A DNA stretch of 63,782 bases, filler included, from Octopus bimaculoides (GCF_001194135.2; 9 parts of 8 records of this genome joined end to end with filler, not necessarily neighbours in it); one strand, 5' to 3'; shown: positions 1 to 10,718, numbered from the whole stretch's first letter. Notes: generated by a model not told the origin, from the letters alone. Made by a program: numbers and translations.

Positions 1-29
1 TATATGTAAATTTGTGTGTGTGTGTGTAT

Positions 30-252
30 GTCTTTGTATTTGTATTTGTCCCCTGCCTCTTGCTTGATAACCAGTGTTGATGTGTTAACTTCCTTGTGAC
101 TTAGTGCTTCAGCAAGGACATCGATAGAATAAGTACCAGGCTTTAAAAAAACACAAAAAATAAATACTAGGGTTAATTCATTCAACTAAAAATTCTTCAA
201 AATACTGCCCCAGCATGATCACAATTCAATGACTGAAACAAGTAAAAGATAA
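30..252 (+). mobile_element. SINE family A, 3' half
   Basis: Matches the tail of the full copy at 24799-25176 (gatagaataagtaccaggc ... cagcatg ... aatgactgaaacaagtaaaaga). Confidence 0.8.
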
Positions 253-703
253 AAGATTGAAAACATTGTGAGTATGTTTGTCTTTCTGTCTGCTTTGTCT
301 TCTATTTTTATTCTTTAAATTTGTGCAAAAAAAAATCTCTGATAAAAAGAAATAAGGTTTCTTCATTGAAATACATTCTGAACTTGAAAGAAAGCATACA
401 CATTTTAACCTTTTCCACAAACTTAAATGAGCATGCACTTATATACAAATAAATAAAGATAACTTTCATGACTCATATGAGTTCTTGTAGGAAGTATTTG
501 GTAATATAAACCAGAGGCCAGCAAACTATGACCTGTGGGTCAAATCTAACCTGCCAACTTTATTGGCATCAAAAAAAAATTTTCTTTCTTTATCTGTCTT
601 TGGTTACAGAATAACAAACTTCAGTATCATAAAATAGAGAAATATTTTCGTTTTTGTAGTGGCCTCAAATAAATCAATGTTTTATATCAATACAAATAAA
701 AAT

Positions 704-828
704 AGGCACAGCATGGCTGTGTGGTTAAAAAGTTTGCATCCAACCACATGGCTTCGGGTTCAGTCCTACTGCATGGCACCTTGGGTTAGTAAAGTATCTT
801 CTGCTATTGCTACAGACTGATCCAAGCA
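704..828 (+). mobile_element. SINE family A, tRNA-like head plus core
   Basis: A-box-like tggctgtgtggtt, B-box-like gggttcagtcc, then gcaccttggg core, as in 24799-24900. Confidence 0.75.
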
Positions 829-1071
829 TGGAAATCCATCCACCCAGGTCAGATGACTGACTTACTCAAACCAATGCATCTCTTCCATGCCAGACGTCCC
901 TATCAAGTAATAAAGCATGAACATTTAGCTTGGACTTTGGTCACTTGGTCTTTCACAAGCTAAAATATCTTAGGTGCCCATGCCATGACTACACATGATA
1001 GCAGTAATTCACTAACTGAACTGGTTGACCTTGACCATTGATAGTTTGTTCTGTTCTACTCAGTATCTATT

Positions 1072-1514
1072 AATATCGGTTTCAAGTTTTGACACAAAGC
1101 CAGTAATTTTGGGGGAGGAGCTAAGTCAATTACATCACCCCCACCCTTAGTTCTCAACTGGTACTTAATTTATCAACTTCAACAGATGAAAGGCAAGATT
1201 GACCTCGGCGGAATTTGAACTCAGAATGTAAAGACAGATGAAGTACCATGAAGCATTTTGTCTGGTGTACTAATGAATCTGCCAGCTCACTGCCTTAGTA
1301 TCTAGTAATATTGACTTCAAATTTTGGTACATGGCCTCAGAGAAGGGGCTAAGTCGGTTACATCAGTCTCAGTATTCAAGTGGTACTTATCAGCCCCAAA
1401 AGGATGAAAGGCAAATTTGACTTCAGCAGAATTTGAATCCAGAACATAAAGACAGATAAAATGCTGTTAAGCATTTTGCCTAGCATGCTATTAATTCTGC
1501 CAGCTTGTCACCTT
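1072..1514 (-). mobile_element. Two tandem copies of SINE family B (about 1072-1296 and 1312-1514)
   Basis: Both are reverse complements of the family-B pattern seen at 45582-45770 (aaggc..gagctggcaga ... gagttcaaattc ... actttgcctttcatc ... aagtaccag ... aaaatttgaa). Confidence 0.85.
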
Positions 1515-1890
1515 AGTATCTAGTAAAACTCACCTTTGATTCAAAGATTCATTAGCTGAAATGTTATTATATTTTAAGCAGTAAATTTTGTTATCTTTCT
1601 AAAAGAATAGAGCCACAAAGATTAACAGTATCTTATATGTACTATCACAATATATTTTAAATGAATAATCAATTCTAAGAAAAGAGGCAGTGATAAAAAT
1701 TATATGCATATCCATTGAAGAGAGCAGTTAAACTAACTGGTGTCACATTTTCCCCAAAACTACAATCCCTCCTATTCATCTTTACTAAAATGCTCCAACT
1801 CTTCACTGCATCTCATATCCTACATGGTGCATACTTACATTTGTGTCAATAAATGTATAGTGATTAATTCAATGCAACAAACTATCTTCT

Positions 1891-2691
1891 ATCTTTTATG
1901 TTTCCATCATTATACTGCGACCATGCTGGGGTACCGCCTTGAAGAACCTTTAGTAGAAAGTGGGTTATACATCTTTAGATTGTATACCTGACTTTCCTAC
2001 TATATAATTAAAGAATATTAAATGGAACGCTGAACTCCAGACTGTCAACTTAAACAACACTTTATTTAGGTGGTAAATATATACATCTTTAGTTCTTGTT
2101 GTTACAGCTTCTGTTGTTGTGTGAGCATAGTTGTTGGGACGTAGTTATGTAGATGTGAGCGAGCTGTCGAGTGTAAGTCCGAAAGATGTAGAGAGACAGC
2201 TTAACATGTAAAGAGACTGTCTCCAGGTTGGAGTATTAGAGACACTCTTGACACGTCCGTGCTCATGGTCGGCCGACCGTAAAAGAGAAAGATTAAAGCG
2301 GGAACGCGTGCTTGTTTAATTCCACGCATGCGTGAGACTACGCATGCGCACGGCGTTACTACAAACTTTTAGTTGAATAAATCGACCCTAATACTTGTTT
2401 TTCTTTTTTTAAGCCTGGTACTTATTCTACTGGTCTCTTTTTGCCAACCACTAAGTTACAGAGGATGTAAACAAACCAACACTGGTTGTCAAACAGTAGT
2501 GGGGGACAAACACACACACACGCGCGCATATACACAACAGGTTTCTTTCAATTTCCATCTACCAAATCCACTCACAAGGCTTTGGTCAACTCAAGGCTAT
2601 TGTAGAAGGTACTTACCCAAGGTGCCACACAGTGGTACTGAACCTGGAACTATGTGGTTGGGAAGCAAGCTTCTTACCATACAGCCACACC
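1891..2691 (-). mobile_element. SINE family A copy split by an LTR-like insertion
   Basis: Tail at about 1891-1949, remainder at 2364-2691. The SINE text gaagaac(t)tttag..gaataaatcgacc resumes after the insert. Confidence 0.8.
1950..2363 (-). mobile_element. Probable solo LTR (about 414 bp)
   Basis: Minus strand starts TGTAGTAA and has an AATAAA near its 3' end. Flanked by a near-identical 5-bp duplication AACCT (1945-1949)/AACTT (2364-2368). The other terminus is imperfect. Confidence 0.55.
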
Positions 2692-2911
2692 TGATGCTAA
2701 TTTGTTTAAAAAAAAAGGAAACTGTTTCTCTCACCATATACAGTCACGGTTTTGTTTTTATTCAGTTTGGCTTGCAAAACATAGAAACATTTCCAGTCTG
2801 GCCCACCACCAAAAAAAGGTTGTCAACCCTTCCACAGTATTGAGTTCCCAATCTTTCCATAAAAAAAAGCAAAAATTACTCGTGCCTAATTTAGCAATAT
2901 TAATGCTCCAG

Positions 2912-3567
2912 AAAAGACAGCATGCTGACAGAATAATTAGCAGGCCAGGCAAAATACTTAGTGGCATTTCATCTGTCTTTACATTCTGAGTTCAAATTCC
3001 NNNNNNNNNNNNNNNNNNNNNNNNNNNNNNNNNNNNNNNNNNNNNNNNNNNNNNNNNNNNNNNNNNNNNNNNNNNNNNNNNNNNNNNNNNNNNNNNNNNN
3101 NNNNNNNNNNNNNNNNNNNNNNNNNNNNNNNNNNNNNNNNNNNNNNNNNNNNNNNNNNNNNNNNNNNNNNNNNNNNNNNNNNNNNNNNNNNNNNNNNTCA
3201 AATTCCATTGAGATCAACTTTGCCTTTCATCCTTCTAAGGTCAATAAAACAAGTACCAGTTGAGCACCGGGGATGACATAATCAACTTAACCTTCCTTTG
3301 AAACTGCTGGCCCTGTGCCAAAATTTGAAATCAATATTAATGCTCCAGAAAAGGCAACAATCTGGTAGGACCATTAGCATGCTGGGCAAAATGCTTAGTG
3401 GCATTTCATCCATCTTTACATCATGAGTTCAAATTCTGCTGAGGTCAACTTTGTCTTTCGTCCTTTCAGGGTCAATAAAATAAGTACCAGTTCAGTACTG
3501 GGGTTGATGTAATCAACTTACCCACTCTTCCATACATTCTGCCCTTGTGCCAAAATTTGAAACCAAT
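2912..3567 (+). mobile_element. Two tandem copies of SINE family B (first interrupted by an N gap)
   Basis: Family-B head and tail motifs occur twice (about 2912-3335 and 3349-3567). Confidence 0.85.
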
Positions 3568-4082
3568 ATCAATGGTACAGAATATATTTATATTATACAT
3601 TTCCATTGCTTTCTATTTTTAACAAAAGGTATTTTTTATTTTTTACTTGTTTCAGCTCATCCAAATATGTCAAAAATCACAATATTTATAACAGTGAAAA
3701 TATCAAAATTATCAATACTTGTTGTTGTTATTGTTTTTAGCCCTATGTCAATCTGGATGAAATAGACCTATGATCAGAGGCATTTCTAACATGGCCCATC
3801 TTTTCGGGGATACATAGGACTACAAGATATGATATTTCTTTCTTTTATTTAAGAGGAGAGGAAGCAAGCAAGCAAGCAAGCAAGTGAGGACTTATTCCTC
3901 TTTCTCTTGTTAGAATGTATTTGTTACTCAATGGTTTGGTCTTCTTACATTGTCACCTAGATTCAGTCTCAGAAGTGTATTAAGAGTATATAATATCTCC
4001 AGAATATCCAGCCATGTTAATTTCACAAATAGGAATTCTGTCAATTAAGAAACTCGCTGTTCATCATCAACACTGATGATAT

Positions 4083-4230
4083 ATCATCATCATTGACCAT
4101 GATTTTACATCCATTTTTCTTGCTAATATGGGTAGGATGGTTCAACAGGAGCTAATAGGTCAGAGGATCATGTCTTTCTCCTTGGTTCCTACAGTTGGAT
4201 GCCCATCATAATACCAGTCTCTATACAGGC
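4083..4230 (-). mobile_element. Decayed RTE-type LINE 3' end
   Basis: catcatcat tail and ctacagttggatgccc are the reverse complement of the RTE 3' UTR at 5830-5989 (gggcatccagctgtag; gatgatgat). Confidence 0.55.
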
Positions 4231-4304
4231 AGTTCTGTGTATTGTAGTATTAAAGGTCCCCAGTGAAATTGCTACACTAGACTCTACAGCATTTACTTAT
4301 TGAC

Positions 4305-4462
4305 AGCACAGCTGTGCAGTAAGAAGTTTGCTTCCCAACCACATGGTCCCAAATTCAGTCTCATTGCATGGCACCTTCAGCAAGTGTCTTCTACTGTAGC
4401 TTCAAACCAACCAAAGCCTTGTGATGGGATTTGGTAGATGGAAACTGAAAGAAGCCGCTTGC
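4305..4462 (+). mobile_element. SINE family A head/core
   Basis: ccaaccacatgg ... gcaccttcagcaagtgtcttctactgtagc ... ggatttggtagatggaaactgaaagaagcc. Confidence 0.8.
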
Positions 4463-4472
4463 ATAAAAACAC

Positions 4473-4476
<4 letters not shown>

Positions 4477-4530
<54 letters not shown>

Positions 4531-4543
4531 ATTAAATAAATAA

Positions 4544-4575
<32 letters not shown>
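4477..4575. repeat. (TA)n microsatellite, representative of dozens of (TA)n/(TG)n/(TATG)n/(GA)n tracts
   Basis: Direct reading. Most N gaps in the window abut such tracts. Confidence 0.95.
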
Positions 4576-4578
<3 letters not shown>

Positions 4579-4661
4579 ATTATTATTAAATAAATAATAA
4601 TAATAATATATCAGTGGCTAGCATGCATAAAATAACCATAGAGGTAAAATTAATTTAAATT

Positions 4662-5011
4662 TATAATTATAATGAAGGGTACAAAGATAGTACCAGCATT
4701 GCAAGAAATAGGCAAAAACGACTCAAAACCACCGTAATCACTTATACACACTGGTGAATGTAAGGAAAATGAGCAAAATAGAAAAAGCCAGGTTACCATT
4801 AGCAATTGAAAATCACAAATGAGTTATAGACATACTCATATCATATGAGTTCGGACCTTGTGAACAAATACTTAGCCTTCATCAGTGAGTATTACTGTTT
4901 TCAGGGCAAAAGATTACACATCTCACCATGTGCATATTGACCAATAGAATCCCCTGAAAAAACATTTCTAGCAATGCTTCTACTATTTTTGTACCCTTCA
5001 TTATAAATATA
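4662..5011. mobile_element. MITE-like element with about 48-bp terminal inverted repeats
   Basis: 4662-4709 tataattataatgaagggtacaaagatagtaccagcattgcaagaaat is a near reverse complement of 4964-5011. Confidence 0.65.
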
Positions 5012-5027
5012 AATTATATACGTATAT

Positions 5028-5985
5028 AATGGGCCATGACTGCTTGAAAGAAATGAAGTTAGTATGATCTGCTGGATGTGTAATGTCAGTGTGCATACAT
5101 GACAGAGTGTAAGTGCCCTGAGAGGAAAGTTGGGCATAAGAAGCATCAAGTGTGGTGTGCAAGAGAGACAACTGCGCTAGTATGGTCATGTGTTACATAT
5201 GGATGAGGACAGCTGTGTGAGGAAGTGCCACTCCCTAACTGTGTAAGGAACCTGTGGAAGAGGTAGGCCTAGGAAGACATGGGATGAGGTGGTGAAGTAT
5301 GACCTTCAAACATTGGGCCTCGCAGAGGCAATGACAGGAGACCGAGACCTTTGGAGATATGCTGGGATTGAGAAGACTCAGCAACTAAAGTGAGATCGCA
5401 GTCATGCATGTCCAGCCCAGTTAAGAGTACCCCTGATGTGTCGGGCAATATGATATGCTTGAGAAGACCTGTTAAGTAAAACCAAAATCGTAGCTGTGGC
5501 CAGTGCCCCCTGACTGGCTCCCATGCCGGTGGCACATAAAAAGCACCATCCAAATGTGGCCATTGCCAGTACCCTCTGACTGGCCCCCATGCCGGTGGCA
5601 TGTAAAAAGCACCATCTGAATGTGGCTGATGCCAGTAACACCTGACTGGCTCCCGTGACAGTGGCACATAAAAAGCATTGTCTGAACGTGATCAATGCCA
5701 GGACCACCTCACTGGCCCTCGTGCTGGTAGCATGTAAAAAGCACCATCCAAACGTGATCGATGCCAGGCCCACCTGACTGGCTCCTGTGTCAGTGGACTG
5801 TAAAAAGCATCCACTACACTCTTGGAGTGGTCAGCATTAGGAAGGGCATCCAGCTGTAGAAATATTGCCAGATCTGATTGGAGCCTGGTGCAGTTGCTGG
5901 CTCTCCAGACCTCAGTCAAACCATGCAACCCATGCCAACAGGGAAAACAGATGTTAAGCGCTGATGATAATGATGATGATGATGA

Positions 5986-5989
<4 letters not shown>
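5028..5989 (+). mobile_element. 5'-truncated RTE-clade LINE (RT C-terminus pseudogene, 3' UTR, (GAT)n tail)
   Basis: Hand translation: ..LERNEVSMICWMC..QERQLR*YGHVLHMDEDSCVRKC..GRGRPRKTWDEVVK..DRDLWR..*, stop near 5391. This is a typical RTE ORF end. Tail is gatgatgat. Confidence 0.9.
5499..5810 (+). repeat. 66-bp tandem repeat, about 5 units, in the RTE 3' UTR
   Basis: GCCAG starts at 5499, 5565, 5631, 5697 and 5763, an exact 66-bp period. Confidence 0.95.
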
Positions 5990-6020
<31 letters not shown>

Positions 6021-6025
<5 letters not shown>

Positions 6026-6374
6026 CGGTCTGAAAGTCTTGTCACTCCCAACCGAAAAGTAATAAGAACAATAGAGGAACAATATATCAAACACATGTAC
6101 TGGTTTTAGAATATTTACTTTCATTGACACTGACACTGTCACACATTGAGAAGGTTTGTATGAACACCATCATTTTTGTGGCACAAAACAATGTGCTGCC
6201 ATGTCCTGTGTGATATTCTATGAAGCTGTGCTTTGCTGATTTTTGCAAAGGCTGCCGAAACAGCGTCCTTCAACTGTTTGATATTCTGGTATCGCTCTTG
6301 TGAAGCCCTCTCCTTGATAATAAAAAAACTGAAACAATATTTACAGGTGGTTACAAGGCTTTCAGACCACCCTG
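6021..6374 (-). mobile_element. 354-bp non-autonomous Tc1/mariner derivative (MITE), copy 1
   Basis: About 26-bp TIRs (tagggcggtctgaaagtcttgtcac / ggttacaaggctttcagaccaccctg). Same length and sequence family as 19325-19678. Confidence 0.85.
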
Positions 6375-6389
6375 TGTGTGTGCGTGTGT

Positions 6390-6603
6390 GTGTGTGTGTG
6401 TGTGTCTTTGAGTTTGTGTTTGTCCACCACTACTGCTTGACAACCAGTGTTTGCTTACATCCCTGTAACTTAGTGGTTAGGCAAAAGAGACCAAGCTTTA
6501 AAAAAATACCGAGATTGATTTGTTCAACTAAAAACTCTTCAAGGTAGTGCCCCAGCATGGCCACAGACTAATGACTGAAATAAGTAAAGGATAAAAGATA
6601 AGC
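6390..6603 (+). mobile_element. SINE family A, 3' half
   Basis: gcttgacaaccagtg ... gcaaaagagacc ... ccagcatggccacag ... gactgaaataagtaaa. Confidence 0.8.
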
Positions 6604-7329
6604 CACCACATACATAGATCAGAGTTGGTCCCTTACACTTATGAGGCCACTGGGTAACCGTCCAGTGTGCCCTTGCCCTAAGATAATACTGTGAATACCT
6701 CAAGATCTGTAGACTCAACAAGCCATTGAAAATGTTACTTAAAACAATCTTATAATTCATTATTACAATTACAATAAATAAACCCAATACTAAAATGGCT
6801 GATAAAAATTTGTAATCAGTGTCATTTTAATGTTCATTTGTGGAATAGTAACGATTACTAAAAGAAAAGCCAACAGATCAAAGGTAAAAATGTTTTCCCT
6901 CCTGTACCAGATCCAGGAAATAGTGAATTTATATGACAGTCATGTCAGAAATAGCTGGTCCTTTTACAATAGGATATGTATAATCTGAAAATTCCAGTGA
7001 CTCAGCACAAGGTTACCGAATAGTGTCTTAACTGGGAAGGGAAGTAACTCTAAATTGAGACTAAACTTCAGCTGTTACAAACAGGAGTATCTGCAGATGT
7101 AAACACACACACACACACACACACATGTAATTACCGGAAAGCGGACGTTAAACGACGATGATATATATATATATACACACACATACATACATACACACTC
7201 AGAGTAATAAACACATTTCTTTATGTAAAACTAGATCATGGAAAACTTTCATCAAATTTTATCAGGAAATTTTGAAAAGTATACTTGAATGAAATATGAT
7301 TCTTAAGAAGTGGTGATTTTTGTTTCTTT

Positions 7330-7780
7330 TTATTCTATTCCGGTGACCACATAATGCCTCTTGAGAAGATAATATCTATGAGCAGCAACAGGGTGGTTGA
7401 TATCTTCAGTTTTAATTTTGCACAGCTTACGTTTGTTGTCTTTCAATGTTTTCTGCCTCTTGTGCACTAAGTATTTAGTAGGGATCTCTTGCTCTTGAAA
7501 TGCATAGATAGCCTTCAAAACAGGATGTCATAAACTTGATACTCCATGTCAAGCTTTTGATGTAATTTAATTCCCTTTATGGTTTGGGTATTTCATGCTA
7601 AGTACTCATGTACTACCTTCTCCACCACAGATATTGCTTCAGTATCACAATATCTGGTTCATATGAGATCACTATAGAGTTAAGACCAACAGCCACCATC
7701 CTTGTTGGGGAAGTATAGTCTGTCTACATTACTACTGATGCTGAACTTTCCAGTGAGACTGAGCAGCTTGCAAGTTCATG
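7330..7780 (-). pseudogene. Decayed Dong/R4-like non-LTR retrotransposon fragment
   Basis: Minus-strand translation has SNVDRLYFPNKDGG and AFQEQEIPTKYL..CKIKTEDINH. These resemble the R4/Dong VDRLYLPRxxGGRG and AIQEQ..CRLC..E...H motifs and the better-preserved copy at 62744-63670. Confidence 0.6.
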
Positions 7781-8063
7781 TTTATCTCACTGGGCCTTCA
7801 CAGTGACTAGTTTAGAGGACCAAATGGGGGTGGTGAGAGTAGATATTACAAAGGTGATGTAATATGCTTATTGTAAGCTGAGAGTTCAGACGACCATATT
7901 TTAACTTTCTTCAGATATTCATTCCTTACACTCTTGTTACAGCTGGGCCCATCAGAGCTGACATTCTCATCCTGTCCAAGATACTTGTATATCAAGATAT
8001 GCATGTATATCACATACATATGTAGAGATGTACATGTGTGCGTGTGTGTGTGCGTGTGTATAT

Positions 8064-8163
8064 NNNNNNNNNNNNNNNNNNNNNNNNNNNNNNNNNNNNN
8101 NNNNNNNTTAATTAATTAANNNNNNNNNNNNNNNNNNNNNNNNNNNNNNNNNNNNNNNNNNNN
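8064..8163. other. Artificial assembly linker 44N-TTAATTAATTAA-44N (also at 20188, 22840, 26093, 33269, 48076, 55518, 62525)
   Basis: Identical 100-bp structure eight times. The 12-mer is its own reverse complement and gives stops in all six frames. Confidence 0.95.
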
Positions 8164-8201
<38 letters not shown>

Positions 8202-8284
8202 CGCAGGTGATCTAAACGATTAGGTACGGTAGGTAAATGCTGTAACGGATTACTAGGACCCCAAGGTTATAGCCGAGACGGTAG

Positions 8285-8780
8285 TTATGGAACCATTGTA
8301 GATTCTATATTTGGTGTAGATGAATAGGATAATTTCAAATTGGATCTGTTAAAGATAACATGGTACTTATGGTTACGTGAGGAAATGGATTCTACTATTC
8401 TAAAGAAAGATTTAACGAGGCCCTTAACGTTTAAAGCGAATGGAGATGTATACAAGAGAATATATCTCCCACCGCTTTTATTAGATAAGTTAGGGGAGGT
8501 GTAATTCCTAGTGAATGTTAGCGGAGAGTTGGAAGGTCTATTGTTAGTATTAGTCTTCACAGATCGAATGTTGTGCGTGCGGTTGCTAGGTGGGCGAGAT
8601 TGACTGATCGTAGTAGGAGGGATTGGATTTCCAATATTTGTGCGCGTTTGTCCAGAGCTATGTTTCGAGAGGTGTTCCTTTTGAGAAATGTTAGTTTTAC
8701 TGTATCGTTCGCAGTAGCACTGATTCGTCGTGTTAATCGTGTCTGTTGTCTTTTGGAAATTGACAGTATGTGCTGCAAAA
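8285..8780 (-). pseudogene. Penelope-like element fragment (post-RT region)
   Basis: ORF 8285-8560 has YTSPFALNVKGLVKSFFRIVESISSRNHKYHVIFNRSNLKLSYSSTPNI, matching the PLE motif WFNPPF..NV...FL..I.KHF..HK...IFNR...K.SYSC.PN. Confidence 0.7.
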
Positions 8781-9384
8781 TTAACTCGGCTTGAACTATT
8801 CCGTGAATAATAACAGATACCGTGGGATCAGAGCAACAGTTTTTGAACTCATTCGCTATGGTGACGGTACCGGAATGCCTCTAAGGTATCCGAGCTCTAC
8901 TCGTCTAAGGCGAAATTGTATCAGAACCAATGCTCTTTTCTAAAAGCGCCTCAAACATCAGACATATATCTAAGTTTAGTGATTGGTGCAATTCGCCATT
9001 CGAATAGCCAACCAGTGACCACCCGCTTTGATCCGTGTTAAGTCTGTCTGAGTGAAATGAAGGCTATCTATCCACTTGTTAGTAACGTAGCATAAAAATG
9101 AGGAGTATTTTCTATGCAAGACTCCAACGTCTTATATGTCTCTGCAGGTTCTGGTACGCATCGCCTTTTTGAGAATTGTCATTTTCACGGTAACCTTCTC
9201 ACACCAGCTTTATATCAGCTACTGTCAGACACTACGGAGTTTCGCGATAGAGTACTAAAGTTGTTATGTGCCTGTCTTACTGCATACCTTTCAATTGCTT
9301 TTTGTGCGAATCGTCGGTGAAATACGTTCCCGTATTCCACACAACTTGTTTTCAATATCCAAGGCACTCTTGGTCTGTCTTTGT

Positions 9385-9508
9385 CAACTTTACCTTTCAT
9401 CCTTTCGGGGTCGATAAATTAAGTGCCAGTTGCGTACTGGGTCGATTTAATCGACTGGCTTCCACCCACAAAATTTCGGGACTTGTGCCTAGTGTAGAAA
9501 AGAATTAT
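9385..9508 (+). mobile_element. SINE family B, 3' part (CpG-retaining)
   Basis: ctttacctttcatcctttcggggtcgataaattaagtgccag ... ttgtgcctagtgtagaaaagaatt. Confidence 0.8.
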
Positions 9509-10718
9509 AGCAAAATTTATTAACATGCTTTAAATTAAATTACTGATATCTGAAATGAACAAATCACTACATTCAATGTCCATCCGCGCACGCACACATG
9601 TAAACACACACATACACACAGACTCACTCATATACATGTTCATATACGCGAAAGCATACACTCATGTTCGTATCCACATTGAATTTTTTGGTTGAAATTA
9701 TTTTCCTTACACATTACAGGTGTCACATACACTACAATTCAAATATCCCTTCGCTTGGTTAATTCTTGATAGATTCCAGTTTTTGGTAACCGATTGACGT
9801 CTGAGAAAAAATAGAAACTTGATGTTTCATTCAATATAATAAAAACGAATCATCGAGATAAAATTTATTCAATTTTTTTTTTTTACTTTACTGTAATTTT
9901 TAAATCATACTATTTTTTACATTCCATTTAAGATCTGCAATTAAATATAATAAATGTGGAGCGAAATTATTTACAAAATAAATTTAATAGTATAAATCAC
10001 TCTTAAACATCTCCGAGTTTAATTAGTACGAAACAATTTAAAATACTTGCTTAACGTATAATATTATTGAAAATGTTTTAATGATATTAAGTATATGTGA
10101 AACAGAGGAATTATCTTATGAATTTTTTGTTAACTTGCTAATCAGAAAAGGGAAAATAAGCATCTATTAACAAAAAGTGAAATTCTGAGAACAAAATGGA
10201 AGGCATTCTTTAGGTTACATCACGAATTAATCTTTGTTTTCTTTCTGGAGAGTAACTCCTAAGAAGCATAGGAATAAAGCTATCTGTATCATTTATCGCA
10301 ATGCTCATTAACGTCAGAGAAAGCAGTTATTCGATTCATTGTGTGTCGTATTGTAAATTGTAGTTGGAGCGAGGAAGATGCAATTAATCTGTAATGAGTT
10401 TCATTGATATAGAATGCTTATTTGCATTTATCACACACTATCCACTAACATTCTAATGAGAAACATATCCCAGCGCTGCTAATGTGAAATCAGGGAAGTA
10501 GAATTATCTTTAGCACTACATTATTTCTAGACTCTTATTGAAATTTTATTACGAGATTAGAGGCGCACGCTCTTACCTGGATGACTAGAACAAGATGTAA
10601 ACGATGTGTTACGTCCCACAGAATGACTAATTTCATTTGAATACATTCAAATGAAATTGAAAAAGAAACGGAGTGTTCGTATTTGCCAGAGGGGTATATT
10701 TTATGAAAATATGTTTTA

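Noticed and set aside
5499-5810. 66-bp repeats as a CRISPR array, or the overlapping ORFs 5269-5773 as genes
   Set aside because: Whole units are homologous (no unique spacers) and lie in a LINE 3' UTR. The ORFs are by-products of a period divisible by 3.
9148-9189. 42-nt exon-like segment (ctctgcag|...|gtaacc)
   Set aside because: No recognisable product, and such site pairs arise by chance.
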